DNA of 64,000 nucleotides from Amoebidium appalachense (Eukaryota > Protista > Ichthyosporea): NCBI GenBank assembly GCA_963693365.1, contig CAVNZM010000013.1:3438722-3502721 (forward strand), read 5' to 3'. The translations under genes and the position numbers were made by a program. This document shows positions 1 to 43,479 of the stretch, piece by piece. Each line of letters begins with the position of its first letter. Position 1 is the first letter of the stretch. The notes under the pieces were generated by a model, which ran no database searches, was not told the DNA's origin, and saw only the letters and a program-made list of their open reading frames with translations.

Positions 1-35
<35 letters not shown>

Positions 36-128
36 CACGCACACACACACACGCACATATGTACACGCACTTGCACACACATGTGCACCACACACACACA
101 CAAACAAGCACATGCAGGGTGAGGTATA

Positions 129-21636
<21,508 letters not shown>

Positions 21637-21651
21637 TGTTGGGCCCCCGGG

Positions 21652-21683
<32 letters not shown>

Positions 21684-23023
21684 AGGGGGGAGGGGGGAGG
21701 GGGGGGGGGGGGGGGGGGGGGGGGCTGTTGCTTATAAGGCGACGGACATGGTGCAAGATTCGTGTGGTGTTTGGCTTAGGTGTGTTCATTTTCAGGGCAT
21801 GGTTGAATGAATGCTTTGATTAAGCGGGATGTTAAAGGGTAGGGGGGGGGGGGGGGTTAAAGGGTAAGGGAGGGGGGGGGGGGGGGGGGGATTATTTTTA
21901 AACCTGATACTTGTTATCCGGATTCTGTTAAGGGATAGCACGGGTTCTACTACATAGTTGAACACTTATGTTATGGATTTTTCCTGGAAAAGAGTTCTAA
22001 TTTATTGATTAAGATGGAGTTATTGAGTTATCGATTAACACGGAGTTATTACTTTAGCGATTAACATGGAGTTATTTATTAAGTTATGGGGTTAGAACCT
22101 ATTAAAGATAGTGTGTATATATGCAGGCATGGTGGACGTTTGTTCGCCACAGTGTCACCGAGCCATAATACAGGGGAATAAATATTAGTGAATAGATGAT
22201 ATCTTCAAATTTTAGTGAGGGAGGACGGGGAATTAAATTATATATAGTAGCCTATATGGCGGATACGGTTAGAGCTTCTCGTTCCTACATAGATTCGTTT
22301 ATTCATGATGTTGTGTGGTATAAATAAGCTAAATGTCTTGGCGGTGTAATCGTTTTTTTGGTGTCTCCTGCCCGTATGTGTAATATGTGTGGGGGGCGGT
22401 TTACTCGCGGATGCATATCTATCAATAAGTGTAACCTTCTAGATAACATCGTAGAACCGGAGGCTATAGGGTAAGGTGATCTAGGACGGTCATTTTATAA
22501 CGGATATACTGAGGAAGAGAGACAGAAAAGAGAATGAAGCTGCACAGTATGATATTGTGATACGGTGTCTTACCTTTCTCTCAGAGCTACCAATGCTAGC
22601 CTTTGCGTATCCTTAATCTATACTAGGGTTGTAATATTGCGTACCGTGTACATATGTCACTAGCTGCATTTGATTGGCTGCGCTGGAAAACGCAGTAGGC
22701 CGTCAAGTGAGGCTGGGCCTCAGACGATGTCCGTTAGCAATAAGTTGTGTGTAAACCCCTGCAAGATCTTTCTCACCTCATGAACACTTTTTAGAATCAG
22801 AACCGTGTTGAGCACGTGTACATGCGACAGCAAGCATCCTTCATTGGATTTCAATCACGCAAAGATATTGCCGTCAACATGGAGCAGGGGTCGAATCATA
22901 ATGCAAGTAAAAAATAGAACGCCCCACTCAGTCATGATATATGCGTCAACAACAGTTACTGTGTCAATGACATCCTTTGCAATTGATCGATCAGCACTTT
23001 CCCCCCGATTTATACATTAAAAG

Positions 23024-23243
23024 TTGCCTGCCCCGGCACTGTGTGTGTCGTTCAGAGCGAATGGTGGGGGTCATGCCAGAAGGGCACCCAATCATCCACA
23101 CCAGCTTCAACAACAACCGTCCCACTCACAACCGCCACCACCTCGATCCCGCCCTCCGGAACGACCACAGCTACCACACAACCCACCGCTATGACCACCA
23201 CTACTCCTTAAGGTAATGTTCCTATCACCACCACCACCAACCT

Positions 23244-23315
<72 letters not shown>

Positions 23316-25470
23316 CACCACCACCACCACCACCACTATGGCGGTCCCAACAACCACCCTGCCACAACCACCACCACTGTGACACCCACATCCACCTACG
23401 CACACGAGAAGTGCCGTTCGGGAGGACTTCATCGCACACTTGGCCTGGACGTTCCCTACTGCCGCATCCGCTACGATGACACCGGCCGGGAGAGAACGGG
23501 TGCCGACCATGCACGGCGCATCATTGGCTACTTCACCTCATGGCGCACGGGCAGCAACGGACAACCCGTCTACCTCGTCAACCAACTGCCGTGGGGCAAA
23601 ATCACACATGTGATCTATGCATTTGTGCACATCGGCAGCGACTACAAGGTGAGCGTTGGCAACACCGCAGATCCCAACAACACCGCCGTCAGTTCAACGT
23701 GGCCCGGCGTGGATGCGGATCCTTCTTTGGGCTTCCGCGGGCACTTGGGCGCACTTGCAACGTACAAGAAACGCTTCGGTGTCTCTACTCTTGTTTCTAT
23801 CGGCGGATGGGCCGAGACCGGTGGCCACTTTGACGACAATGGCAACCGCGTGTCAGACGGGGGCTTCTACAAACTCACCACCAACGCCGACGGCACACCC
23901 AACACTGGGCGATCACGTTTGCACGGTCATGTGTTGACTCCTTGCGCAAATACCAGATGGACGGCATCGACATTGACTACGAGTACCCCACATCCATGAA
24001 GGGCGCCGGAAACCCCGACCATTTCTCGGTCAGCAACGGTTACCCCGCATGTGCGTACCTGTTCAAGAACTACGTGGTACTCAAGCGCCCTGTCAGGGAG
24101 CAATTTGGCGCTGCGGGTGTTACCAAAGGCAAGCACTATCTTCTTTCCATTGCATCTCCATCTTCGGGCTATCTTCTGCGCGGCATGGAGGCCATGCAGG
24201 TGGTGCAGTACCTCGACTACGTCAACCTGATGACCTACGACCTTCACGGCGCATGGAACGAGTTTGTGGGCCACAACACACCCCTCGTGGACACCGGCAA
24301 GGACGCGGAGCTCATCTCATGGGGCCCCTATGGCGGGCAGTACAAGGGCATCGGCTATCTCAATTCTGATTGGTCCTACCACTACTTCCGTGGTGCCATG
24401 CCTGCCGGCCGCATCAACATTGGTGTGCCATACTACACCCGAGGTTGGCAGGGGGTTACGGGGGGAACCAACGGCCTGTGGGGCACCGCCGCGCTCACCG
24501 ACACCACCAAGTGCCCTGCTGGCACCACCAAATGCGGCAACGGGGCGGGGCTATGGGCATCGACAACTTGTGGCGCGACGTTGATGCCAACGGCAAGGAG
24601 ATGGGCGCCGGATCCAACCCCACGTGGCATGCAAAGAATTTGCAGGCGGGGGCCTATGGCTCTTACCTCAAGTCCTACGGTTTCAACGCCACCCGCACAC
24701 TCACAGGCACATACGGTCGGAATTACGACAACGTGGCCGTGGCGCCGTGGCTGTGGAATGAGCAGAAGAAGACTTTCATCTCCACGGAGGATGCCGAGTC
24801 CATTAAGGCCAAGGTCGACTACGTAATTTTAAAGGCCTAGGGTGTCACAGTGGGGGGGCTCATGATCTGGGAGATGGCCGGGGACTATTCGTGTTACAGG
24901 AAGGACACCACCGGCCAGCGCACCAACATTGTCGACTCGACCGAGGCTGCTTGCACCACCGGGCAGGGAGAGTACTTCATCAGGGACACCCTCACCTCCA
25001 TCATGTATGACGGGTTTAAGGCCGCATCTCCCCACGGCAACACCATCGCAAACATCGCCATCCCGGCGCAGGCTGCGGCGATCGAATTTTCAGTGGGCGA
25101 GTTTGCGCTGGGCGACAACAACTATCCAATCAGCCCCAAGGTCACCATCACTAACCGCATGAGTGTGGCCCTGCCAGCCAATAGCGAGGTGGCGTACGGT
25201 ACTAGCGCACCAGACAATATGGTTGATTGGTCGGCTGCCGGCCTGACGGTGGTAGAGTCGGGCAACCCGGTCATCGGCAACGTAGGTGGCCTTAAGGGCG
25301 ACTTCAACCGGGCAACATTTAAGGTTACGTCGGAGCTGGCCCCTGGGGCAAGCACGCAGGTGCAGGTGGTCTACTACCTGCCTATAACGGGTCCGTCTGA
25401 TTGGCGCGTTAAAATTAATGGCACGTAGTATACCACGTTGCAGGAGCACCCTTACCTGCCTCGGTTGTAA
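23024..25470 (+). pseudogene. GH18 chitinase pseudogene, bacterial ChiC-like, with Cys/Trp module and Thr-rich linker at the N-terminus
   Basis: Motifs [37 protein letters not shown], catalytic [46 protein letters not shown]-terminal FALGDNNYPISPK and NVGGLKGDFNR. Lesions: TAA 23209-23211, frameshifts near 23907 and 24550, TAG 24838-24840, TAG 25426-25428; likely original stop at 25468-25470. Confidence 0.9.
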
Positions 25471-25719
25471 CCATTTTTGCTTTATTTATTTTTCACCTTT
25501 TTTAAAAACTTTTATATATAGGCTAATGTGAAACTGCAATCACGTTTTTTGGTAGGTTTTTATTGGCAATAATATTTACCATAGTTCTACTACTCTCGAA
25601 TGCTCGGCTCGGTATGTTGTGAATGCCTGCTATGTAATTTGATTTCTCTTTTGAATTTCTGAATGTAAAATGTTGAAGATGAATGATACCTTAAATTATG
25701 ATGATTTATATGCCAGTCA

Positions 25720-25806
25720 CATTACTATATCAAACAAAAAATTGAACTGGTGATAATTTTTGACATTACTGTAACAAACAAATAAATTGAACTGGTGGTA
25801 ATTTTT
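25720..25806. repeat. About 44-bp imperfect tandem duplication
   Basis: ACATTACT...AAACAAA..AAATTGAACTGGTG.TAATTTTT occurs twice in tandem. Confidence 0.7.
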
Positions 25807-25861
25807 GTGCATGATTGAATTTCAGTTTTTCGCCCCTGCGGCCAGGCTATGTCCCACAGTA

Positions 25862-25910
<49 letters not shown>

Positions 25911-26106
25911 AGCCCCACAACCAACATCACCACCAACACCACCACCCCACTACCCCACCCACCCCGTGCCCCCCCCCACCACCCACCACCGAAAAAAGGG
26001 GGGAAAGTAAAAGAGAAAGAAAAACAAAACAAAAAAAAAACACACGCAAACACACACAAAAAAAAAAGTCTGGATTTTTTTTTAAAAAAACAAAGAGAAA
26101 CAAAAC

Positions 26107-26159
<53 letters not shown>

Positions 26160-26210
26160 GCGCGCGCGCACGCACACACACACACACACCCTCCCCCCCC
26201 CCCCCCCCCC

Positions 26211-27062
26211 CCACCTGGAGGGGGTGAGCGGTGGAGGCTACCTCCTCGGGGGGGGGGGGGGGGGGCTCCCTCCCCACCCTCCCCTTCCCCCCCCCCCTTC
26301 CCCCCCGGAGGTAGCCGCAGGTGTGGGCCGGTGGCATGGTGAATCCCCCCCCCCCCCCCCCCCACCACCACTCCCTTTCCCGTCGCTCGCGTGTTCTTGG
26401 TGGTCAAACATCTCTCTTACACCCACCAAAGAGCCTGTATTCGTTACGTTCAACTATTAACATTAAACTATGAGCTATTTGGGTCAAAGTTATCGTGTTC
26501 AACGTGCAATGTTCGTGCGCGTGTCTGTGAGGCGGGGAATGTATGTGTGTGTGGTGTGTGTTAGTGTATCTGCGTGCTTCTGCATAAGTCGGGTGCAGGT
26601 TGCTGGTTTGTACACCTCGTGTGCGTGTGTGGTACATGTTTGTGCTGGTGCGTGTGAATCGAATTCGTGTGCGCGTCTATGCGTGCGTGTGTGCATGTGT
26701 ACAGTGGGGGGGCTAAAGACGAGTCCAGCCTAGACTCTCGAAGGTTCCGAGAGGGGGGGGGGGGGGGGGGGGAGGGGGGGGGGAGGGGGGGGGGGGGGGG
26801 GGGGAGGGAGGGGGGGGCCGGGGGGGAGGGGATGAGAGAGAGGGGGGGGTGGGGGGAAGGCAGGGGAGCATGACCGTACGGTGTAGCCTGAGTTCCAGGT
26901 GATCAAGGACTCTTAATGGTAAGCTTCCATTTAATTGTTGGGGAATGAAGTTAAACCTCTGCTAAAGCACAGGAGGGGGGGGGGGGAGGGGGAGGGGGGA
27001 GGGAGGGTCCCCCCCCCCCTCCCGGAGGAGGTCCCTCCACCCCTCACCCCCTCCAGGTTGGG
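26211..27062. repeat. Imperfect inverted repeat pair of about 40 bp
   Basis: CCACCTGGAGGGGGTGAGCGGTGGAGGCTACCTCCTCGGG at 26211 matches the reverse complement of about 27022-27061 (CCAACCTGGAGGGGGTGAGGGTGGAGGGACCTCCTCCGGG). Confidence 0.7.
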
Positions 27063-27357
27063 GGGAGGGGGGGGGGGGGAAGGAACCACCAAGGGGGGCG
27101 TCGTTATTTGCTACTATCCCCCCCCCCCCCCCCCCCCCCCCTCTTCCCCCCTCCCCCCGGGCCCCCCTCCCCCCCAAATTTCAGATTCAATAATCCCGAA
27201 ATCTTGAGGGGGTGAGTAGTATGTCGAAAATTTGGGAGCTAGGGGGGTCGAAGCTGTAGCACACAGGTACATAAAAGAGGGGTCAATCCACATTATAGCT
27301 AGCTATATATATATGCGGTGATCGAAGCCTTCCCCTCTCCCCCTCCCCCCTCCCCCC

Positions 27358-27388
<31 letters not shown>

Positions 27389-28074
27389 AAAAAAAAAAAA
27401 AAACCTATACAGACCCTCAAAGCAAGCTTGCCCCTTCCTTCCTCCCCCCTCCCCCTTCCCCCTCCCATCCTTCCCAGGGGCCTCCCTCCCTCCCATCCCG
27501 CGCCTCATATCGTCCTTTCTTGCATACATATGGCTAGGCTTATCATCATACACGTGTACACACCACACATGCTCAGTACATACACAGACAGGCCCGTACA
27601 TAAAACAACAACCTTGCTCACGTACCGTCACGATACTTAAAAGCCGTCATCTTATCTTGTTACATTACGACTGGTTACGTCATCTGCAGCACATGTGCTT
27701 TCTACGTGGGGCGACTTGGTATATACGTAGCACGATTGTGTGCGCAGTTTCATATGAATCCCGCAACAATGGGCTCGGCAACTCAAGGCAACTGCGTAGA
27801 ATGAAACATCCGACGTAACCAGACAATTAAGGTCTCAAGCCGAATCATGAGCTCGTGTTCACCACAGGCACGCGTGCGCCTAAAAGACGTGAACATATGC
27901 ACACGCAAGTCACGGTGACAAGTTGCTTTTCAACTTTCAACTATTCATGTGGATTCAGGCGATGGTGTATTCTATACTCTGCTTTACACACATAAGATAC
28001 CTTTTGGTAAATTTCTTTTCTTCTTTTTTGGGTGACAATAAACGAGAACTTGCCTTCTTCCTCCTCCTCCCCCC

Positions 28075-28132
<58 letters not shown>

Positions 28133-28165
28133 CTGTCTTTGGCACTCACACACCCACACGCACAG

Positions 28166-29808
28166 TTGTGCCACCATGCGACCTTGAGGAGAAACCCTAT
28201 GAGGGGCGCTGCCCAGGCCCCACTGAGCCGGGCAACGTCCATGCGGAGGCATCCTTCCTGTGAGTCTTCACACCTCCCCCTCCCCCCCCCACTCCCCCCC
28301 CCCCCCCCCCCCCCCGTCTACTAACCATTCTACCCTTTCCCCCGGCAATCTAAATGGGCATAGCGAATATCATTGTCATTGTATTTACTATTAGATGACA
28401 ACTACATGTGTGCGGGACACTTTTGCGTTTCATTATCATGTCTCGGCATCGTTCTCGTTCGTGAACTGAATAATGTTATCGAATGACCAAATACTATCTA
28501 CCCCTACCCACCCACCCTTGTTGCATCCCCCCCCCCTCCCCCCCCCCCCCCCCCCCCCTCCCCCCGCCCCACCCCCCCTCTGCCCTTTACAAAACACACA
28601 CCCACACATTTCCAGTGTGGACGGCAACAGCAAGATGAAGGTGTGCCACAACGGGCAGTGGGAGTATTACGTCACCGAGGGGCCGGCACGTGCACAACCC
28701 AAGGCCCCAAAAAGGGCAGCGGCACAAACCTGTGCCCCTACGTGCACAAGGTCACTTGGACCCCAGGTGTGGTTTGACCCCCCTCCCCCTTCCCCCCCCC
28801 CCCCCCCCCCCTCCCCCCTCCCCCCTCCCCCCTCCCCCTCCCCCAAATCCTTACCCCTCCTCCCCCTTTCCCTTCCCCCTTTTCCCTCTCACCCCCTCCC
28901 CGTCTGGCATGGAGGGTTTATGGGAACCACAACTTGTGCCTTTCTCGCCCAAATCATGCTAAATACAAGTATAAGTACAAAAAAACATATCATACGTTTT
29001 CATCAATACGGCACGGTGACCCTGCATCTTTCTCCCCGTGCATGTTTTAACCCCTCCCCTCTCCCCCCCCCCTCCCCCCTCCCCTTCCCCCCCCCTCTCC
29101 CCCCCCCTCCCCTCCCCTCCCCCCCCCCCCCCCCCCCCCCCCCCTTCCCCCCCCCCCCCCCCCCTCCCCGCTCCCAGCCTGCGACCTTGAGGAGAAACCC
29201 TATGAGGGGCACTGCCCAGACCCCAATGAGCCGGGCAAGGTCCATGCAGAGGCATCCTTCCTGTGAGTGTTCACACCCTCCCCCCCCCCCCCCCCCCCCC
29301 CCCTTCCCCCGTCCTCTTCACTTCCCCTTCCCACCTCCTCCCCACCCTCCCCTCCTCCAATTGCGCGGCCACATCACTGCCTTACCATTAAATCCTCTAC
29401 CCCCGCCCCCCCGCCCCCTCCCCCCCATGTAATAACACCAAGGCACATCGCTCTACCTTCATCCTTTCCATCCTTGCTCTCCTTACCCACCCACCCACCC
29501 ACCAACCTTACCCCCACCCCCCTCCATCCTTTCTCACCCTTCCATCCCTAAACTAACACAAACACATCCTGCCCATTTCCAGGTGTGTGGACGGCAACAG
29601 CAAGATGAAGGTGTGCCGCAACGGGCAGTGGGTGTATTACGTCACCGAGGGGCGGGCACGTGGCAACCCAAGGCCCCAAAAAGGGCAGCGGCACAGACCT
29701 GTGCCCCTACGTGCACAAGGTCACTTGGGTGCCGGTTATGCGTTTAACCCCCCCCCCCCCCCTCCCCACCCCCACCCTCTCTCTCTCTCCCCCCCCCCCC
29801 CCCCCTAT

Positions 29809-29852
<44 letters not shown>

Positions 29853-30118
29853 CGTGCACTCCTTGCCGCGTGATCAACCCCCTCTTCTCCCGTTCTTGTT
29901 TCCGTCTTGCCTCTCTTCCTTTTCTCTCTATACATTGCCTATCACTGTACACATTATTAAACTTTGACAAAAGCGAATTTCAGATCTCAACTCATCTCTC
30001 TGTTTGAAATGCATCAGTCCATTGCATGCATGTGCTACATTACATCCCCTGATGATCATTGATCCACATTACTCCCTAATGCATCCACATCATGATACAC
30101 TTACTGATTCGTATTTTT

Positions 30119-30152
<34 letters not shown>

Positions 30153-30376
30153 AAGCCTACATTCCAATCTTTGCCTCTCCACCCCCCCCTCCCCCCCTCC
30201 CCCTCCCCCCCCCCCCCCAACCCCCCCCTCCCTCCCCCCCAAAATAAAAAATAAAAAATAAAAAACACTAGTGTCTTTGTTTCAGCCTGCAACCTTTCTC
30301 CCGGTGACATCGTGTCCTAGAATTGCTGCCCTGATGTGGATGGGCCGGGCAAGGTGCATGCTGAGGCCTCGTGGAT
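28166..30376 (+). pseudogene. Decayed gene made of tandem two-exon Cys-rich modules (possibly carbohydrate-binding)
   Basis: AG/GT-bounded exons A 28166-28259, B 28616-28766, A' 29178-29262, B' 29583-29734, A'' 30286-30376. A reads CDLEEKPYEGRCPGPTEPGNVHAEASF; B reads (C)VDGNSKMKVCHNGQWEYYVT and, after an apparent frameshift, GTCTTQGPKKGSGTNLCPYVHKVTW. A'' has an in-frame TAG. Confidence 0.6.
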
Positions 30377-30390
30377 GTGAGTAGCCCAGC

Positions 30391-30494
30391 TGTGCTTTAA
30401 CTGCAACTCAGTATCCCACCTGTGCTTTAACTGAAACTCAGTATACCACCTGTGCTCTAACTGCAACTTAGTGTCCCACTCGTGCTTTAACTGC
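30391..30494. repeat. 30-bp minisatellite, about 3.5 copies
   Basis: TGTGCTTTAACTGCAACTCAGTATCCCACC repeated with 30-bp period and no spacers. Confidence 0.9.
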
Positions 30495-30711
30495 TAAAAA
30501 AACAAAAACCTTTACAAACATTGCACATAATATTTTAGCACCCAGCACCGGTAAAGCACACACACGCACCTTTCTGCAAGATCTAGACCATATCACTCCG
30601 CTCACACCGTCCGCGTCATGAAACTAACCCCCCCCCCCCCCCCCCCCCCCCCAAGTTTATTCTCGCGCTCCTCGATCCCTCCACCTCGATCCCTCCGGCT
30701 TCCCCCCCCCC

Positions 30712-30742
<31 letters not shown>

Positions 30743-31585
30743 CCTCCCCCGGTCCACTGAATTGCTCGAACCCCCTCCCCCTCCCCCTCCCCTCCCCCCC
30801 CTCCCCCCCCCCCCCCCCCTCCGTCCCCCTCCCCAGGCCTAGGCCACCTTATCGCTCAAACCTCTCCCCCCCCCCCCCCCTCCCCCCCCGGGGCCGCCCC
30901 CTAAACTCACACACACAAGCACTCGCCACGGTGACCAACACCTCCTTGCTGTAAGTCCCCCACAGCTGCTTTCATATGACAACTACAAAAGCAAAGGAGC
31001 GCTAATGCTGGGATCTATTGTTATCTGCATGTGACGGGACCGAGATTGATTGTGATTATGTAATAAGGTTGTTGTTGTTTGGGGGGGGGGGGGGGGGGGG
31101 GGGGTTACGGGTTAGAGAAAGCAGGGTGAGAAGGTAGATGGTACGAAGGGAGGGTGGAAGGGTGTGTGAGTGAGTGAGTGAGTGTGTACATGTGTGGGTT
31201 TGGAAGGGGGGGGGGGGGGGGGAGGAGGGGGGGGGAGGGGGTTCTGCGAAATGTGGGCTAGTTTGTATTGCATTGATTTTGTTTCTATGCACATTTATTC
31301 AGATCGAACGGTTGTTGTGTATTTATCGTTGGTAGCCAAATGAGAGAGTCAGAAAGGAACTAAGTATGGAAAGAGAAGGAGCAAGACATTCGGAATACCC
31401 TCATACGTTCAGATTTCAGAGAATTGCAGTTACAGAAGAAACAAGTGGAAAAACAAATAAACAAGTTCACAACCACCGGATATGGCAGCGTGCATCGAAT
31501 CAGACGTATGAACCAAACTAAACTTGCATTCGTAAATTGCAAACGTTAATCTATATTGAATAGTTCTCTAGTAGAGTTTGCCCCC

Positions 31586-31616
<31 letters not shown>

Positions 31617-31790
31617 AGGAAAAAAGAAAAGAGAAAGGATTGAAAAATCAATACAAAGCGGAATGCATATGCAGTTATATTTGTGCCTCTACACACCACC
31701 AGCTAATTCTGGGAATAAATAGGAAGGGATATTTTACTTTCTTTCAACACAGCCTGGGACGTGACGTACAGGGAGGAACCAGGAAACATA

Positions 31791-31825
<35 letters not shown>

Positions 31826-31943
31826 AGAAGAAGAAGAAGGAGAAAAAACCACCAGAATGGTAGTGCACGTAGAGATGTGTTTGCACGGGAGCTCACGGAA
31901 TGGAAAGGGGTCCTTCTTGCAACCCAAGAAAACGATGGGCAAA

Positions 31944-31975
<32 letters not shown>

Positions 31976-32004
31976 GGGGGGGGGGGGGGGGGGGGGTCAT
32001 TAAT

Positions 32005-32035
<31 letters not shown>

Positions 32036-32191
32036 CCTACCGCGAACAAAGAAATTAAAAGGAGGTCGGCGGGGAATTTCAAACAAAAACACAGCCACAA
32101 GGTGGGAAAGGAAAAAAAAAAAAAAAAAAAAAAAAAAGAAGAAGAAGTAGAAAGCAGGCAAGGCCCAAATGGGAGATTGGCCAGCCCGGGC

Positions 32192-40644
<8,453 letters not shown>

Positions 40645-43443
40645 CTTCGCTCGAAAACCTGCCTTGGGCGATCCATGGAAGCAAAACACGGCCTATATTG
40701 GTGTTGCTTACGTTTAGTTTAATTTATTAGCTATCCTAATGTTGCATGTTAAAATGTCAAGATCCTGATGACAGTTAGTCTTCAGCATGCACAATAATGC
40801 CACGGTCGTGTTCGGCCACAGATCAACGAAAAACCTATCAACGAAAAATCAGATCAAGGTCCACGCGTGTGCGACCTATTTTTCTTGGCCTCCACAATTT
40901 TTGGATGTACACGGTATGCCTATACATGGCCGTTTACAGGCCTACTGTACACTTTTTCCCGCGCACGCTAAATACTGATGTGCGCATCTTCGGAGACTGA
41001 GCCTCCTGTTGTGACACCTTGCCAACTGAGCAAATAAATGGGTGTGAAATTGGTGCGCCTGACATAGCTCTGCTCGAGCTCAGGCACGTCACCCGAGGTT
41101 ACTTTTAGATGACGATAACTTTATTGCATGATCAAAGGTATTGTAAATCTTAACATGTTTAAGTATTCGATTTAAGCTGTTTTAAAATCACTGAGCAGCC
41201 AATTTATTTCAAAATTTAATTTTAAGTCTAATGACTCTCCGGGACTGATGCGTGCCGCACCAATTGAAACGAACCCGGCGGACCGGCTCGGGGTGCGAAA
41301 ATATGCCGTGCAGGGCTTGATGCGCTTGGGAGGAGCTCTTGGCCAAGAGAAAGCCGCAAGGAGGAGATACATCCCCCCCCCCCCCACCCCCCCACCCCCC
41401 CACCCCCAACCCCCCGCCCCGCCCCCTCTCCGGTTGACAGGAGCCTCATAATCATGCTTGATCGATTTATAAATCTAAGACCTCTCTGCAACATTCCCCC
41501 CGGAAATCACACGTGCACCGAGCCATGCTTGACATGTACCATAAATTTATACACCTCGCATTTTTATTATTGCACTGGCCAGATGTATTAGATTTCACAG
41601 CGCGTAGTAAGTAGCTCTAAAAACCAAATCAAAACGCAACGTGACAGAGCTCAATCAGTCACACTTCGAATTTCCTTATTCGCAGCGACTGACGGTTATT
41701 TCCAAAGGCCACTTTTATTGCCAGCACGTGCACATGTCAAGTACGGTAGACAAATTCCTCGGCAAGAGATTCCAACTGAGATGCAATACCAATAAAGGGC
41801 AATTCCCAAATCAAACACCATTCATCAAAGACACACTTCCCCCAGCCTCAGGCAGGGGGATGACACTCACACCCAGCTGCCCCGCAAATTGAGCAAGAAC
41901 CCCCTCCCTCACATAGACCTGTGTCCCCCCGCCGTTAACATCACTCACATGTATTGTAGGTTCCCCCCTGATTTTTCCAAAAGCCCTGCAAGCGCCAACC
42001 TACTTTGGGCTAAAGAACGGAGAAGGGGGGTCGTACCAGCATAGAAAATGCAATTTTTTTCGGGGGTTTATTATGCGGGATTTGTTGTGGCCAGCAGGGG
42101 GTGGTTGCAATTATACCACCACACCCTCCTATGGTGCAGCAAAGGGTGTCGGAAATTTAATGGTCACTTGGCCCCATGGGTGTAAGAGTGACCACCATCA
42201 GTGCTTTTGTGCCCATTGTGGATGTTTCACGGCCCAAGTGGGGATGGATGGCTGTGCGGTTTCTGAAGAGTCGGAGTTGGGTTGCTGTACGGCAGAGGGT
42301 GGGTGGGTATGTGTGAGATTTTGAAATGAATATAGATAGGAGTATGTATATAGAGACCAAAGTCGGTAAAAGAAACCTGATTAAGGGATAAAAGGGAAGG
42401 AATACACTTGCTTGTGCAGGGGGGGGGGGGGGGGGGATCCCCCCCTCCCTTCGCAGCTGCACCGACGTCGACACTACATGACCCAGCGTACTACGGGTTT
42501 GCACGGCGGAAGAGGAGTGGGTGGATCCTGATGGGCAAGGAGTGTAAATGCACCCGCCAGGGAGGGGCTGTCGGGTGAGGCACCAAAGACTGCCCCTAAG
42601 TGGCTAGGATCGAACCATAGATAGGGTCTGCGGTTTGTAGACTAGACGACTGGGTTACGAGGATGGTTTCATGCTCGTTTTGTATTTGGGAAGGGTTACT
42701 GGGTTGACTCAACGGTTGTTTGTCTGAGATACAAGGAAAACAAAACATTAAGAAACCCCCTTATACTTGCTCCTTCTAATTCGTTAGAGGTTAAAAACCC
42801 CCCCTTTGAAAGCTTGCTCTTCTTTAATGCCGTGGGGTTACTGGCCATGGGTGAAATGTGAATAACCCCCACAAACCCCATTTTTTTTTCTTTTTTTTTT
42901 TAAAGAAAAAAAAAGAATTGTAGTGCCCTCAAATCGAATTTGTAGTGAGTGGCTTTGGAAGCGAGACTGCGAGACCTGCAAGAAGCAAGACCCTCTAGGG
43001 GATACGTGTGCTCTGTGTGCACTGGATTTGTTTTTAAAAAAAATAAAAAATCAGGGTTTGTTCCCGGAGGACCTTTGCAGGCCCTCTAGGAAAACTACCG
43101 CTATCTACCACACAGCACAGGCAGTACACTAGTTAGGGTGCTATCTATGAGTTCATCTAAGCTAAACTATCCTTCACAACCTAACTATAAGCACACACTT
43201 TGCCCAGGGTTACTAACTACCCCAGCCACGCCGGCAGTTGTGTGCACTGCATGTGTGGTGGGAACCAAAATAATTCCTGAAACCCACGGATATCATTAAC
43301 AGAGTGGTCGTCGGATTGTTTCATTGGGCGGCAAACCGTGCTCACGTTATCATTTCAAGGCCACTCACTGTATTTTTCTGATGATAAACTAAAGCCAGAC
43401 AAAAAAGCAAAGACTGACATATGCATGCAACCTGATGTTTTTA

Positions 43444-43479
<36 letters not shown>

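Noticed and set aside
23024-25470. Stop-codon reassignment explaining in-frame TAG/TAA
   Set aside because: Stops co-occur with frameshifts, and the intact genes have none internally and end at standard stops.
23379-25470. Bacterial contamination
   Set aside because: Contiguous with host-type repeat-rich sequence, a spliceosomal donor and an AT-rich 3' region; no operon context.
30391-30494. 30-bp repeats resembling a CRISPR array
   Set aside because: Head-to-tail with no unique spacers, no cas genes, eukaryotic context: a minisatellite.
42595-42680. B-box-like GGTTCGATCC on the minus strand
   Set aside because: Could not fold a cloverleaf or find a well-spaced A-box; not called as tRNA or SINE.
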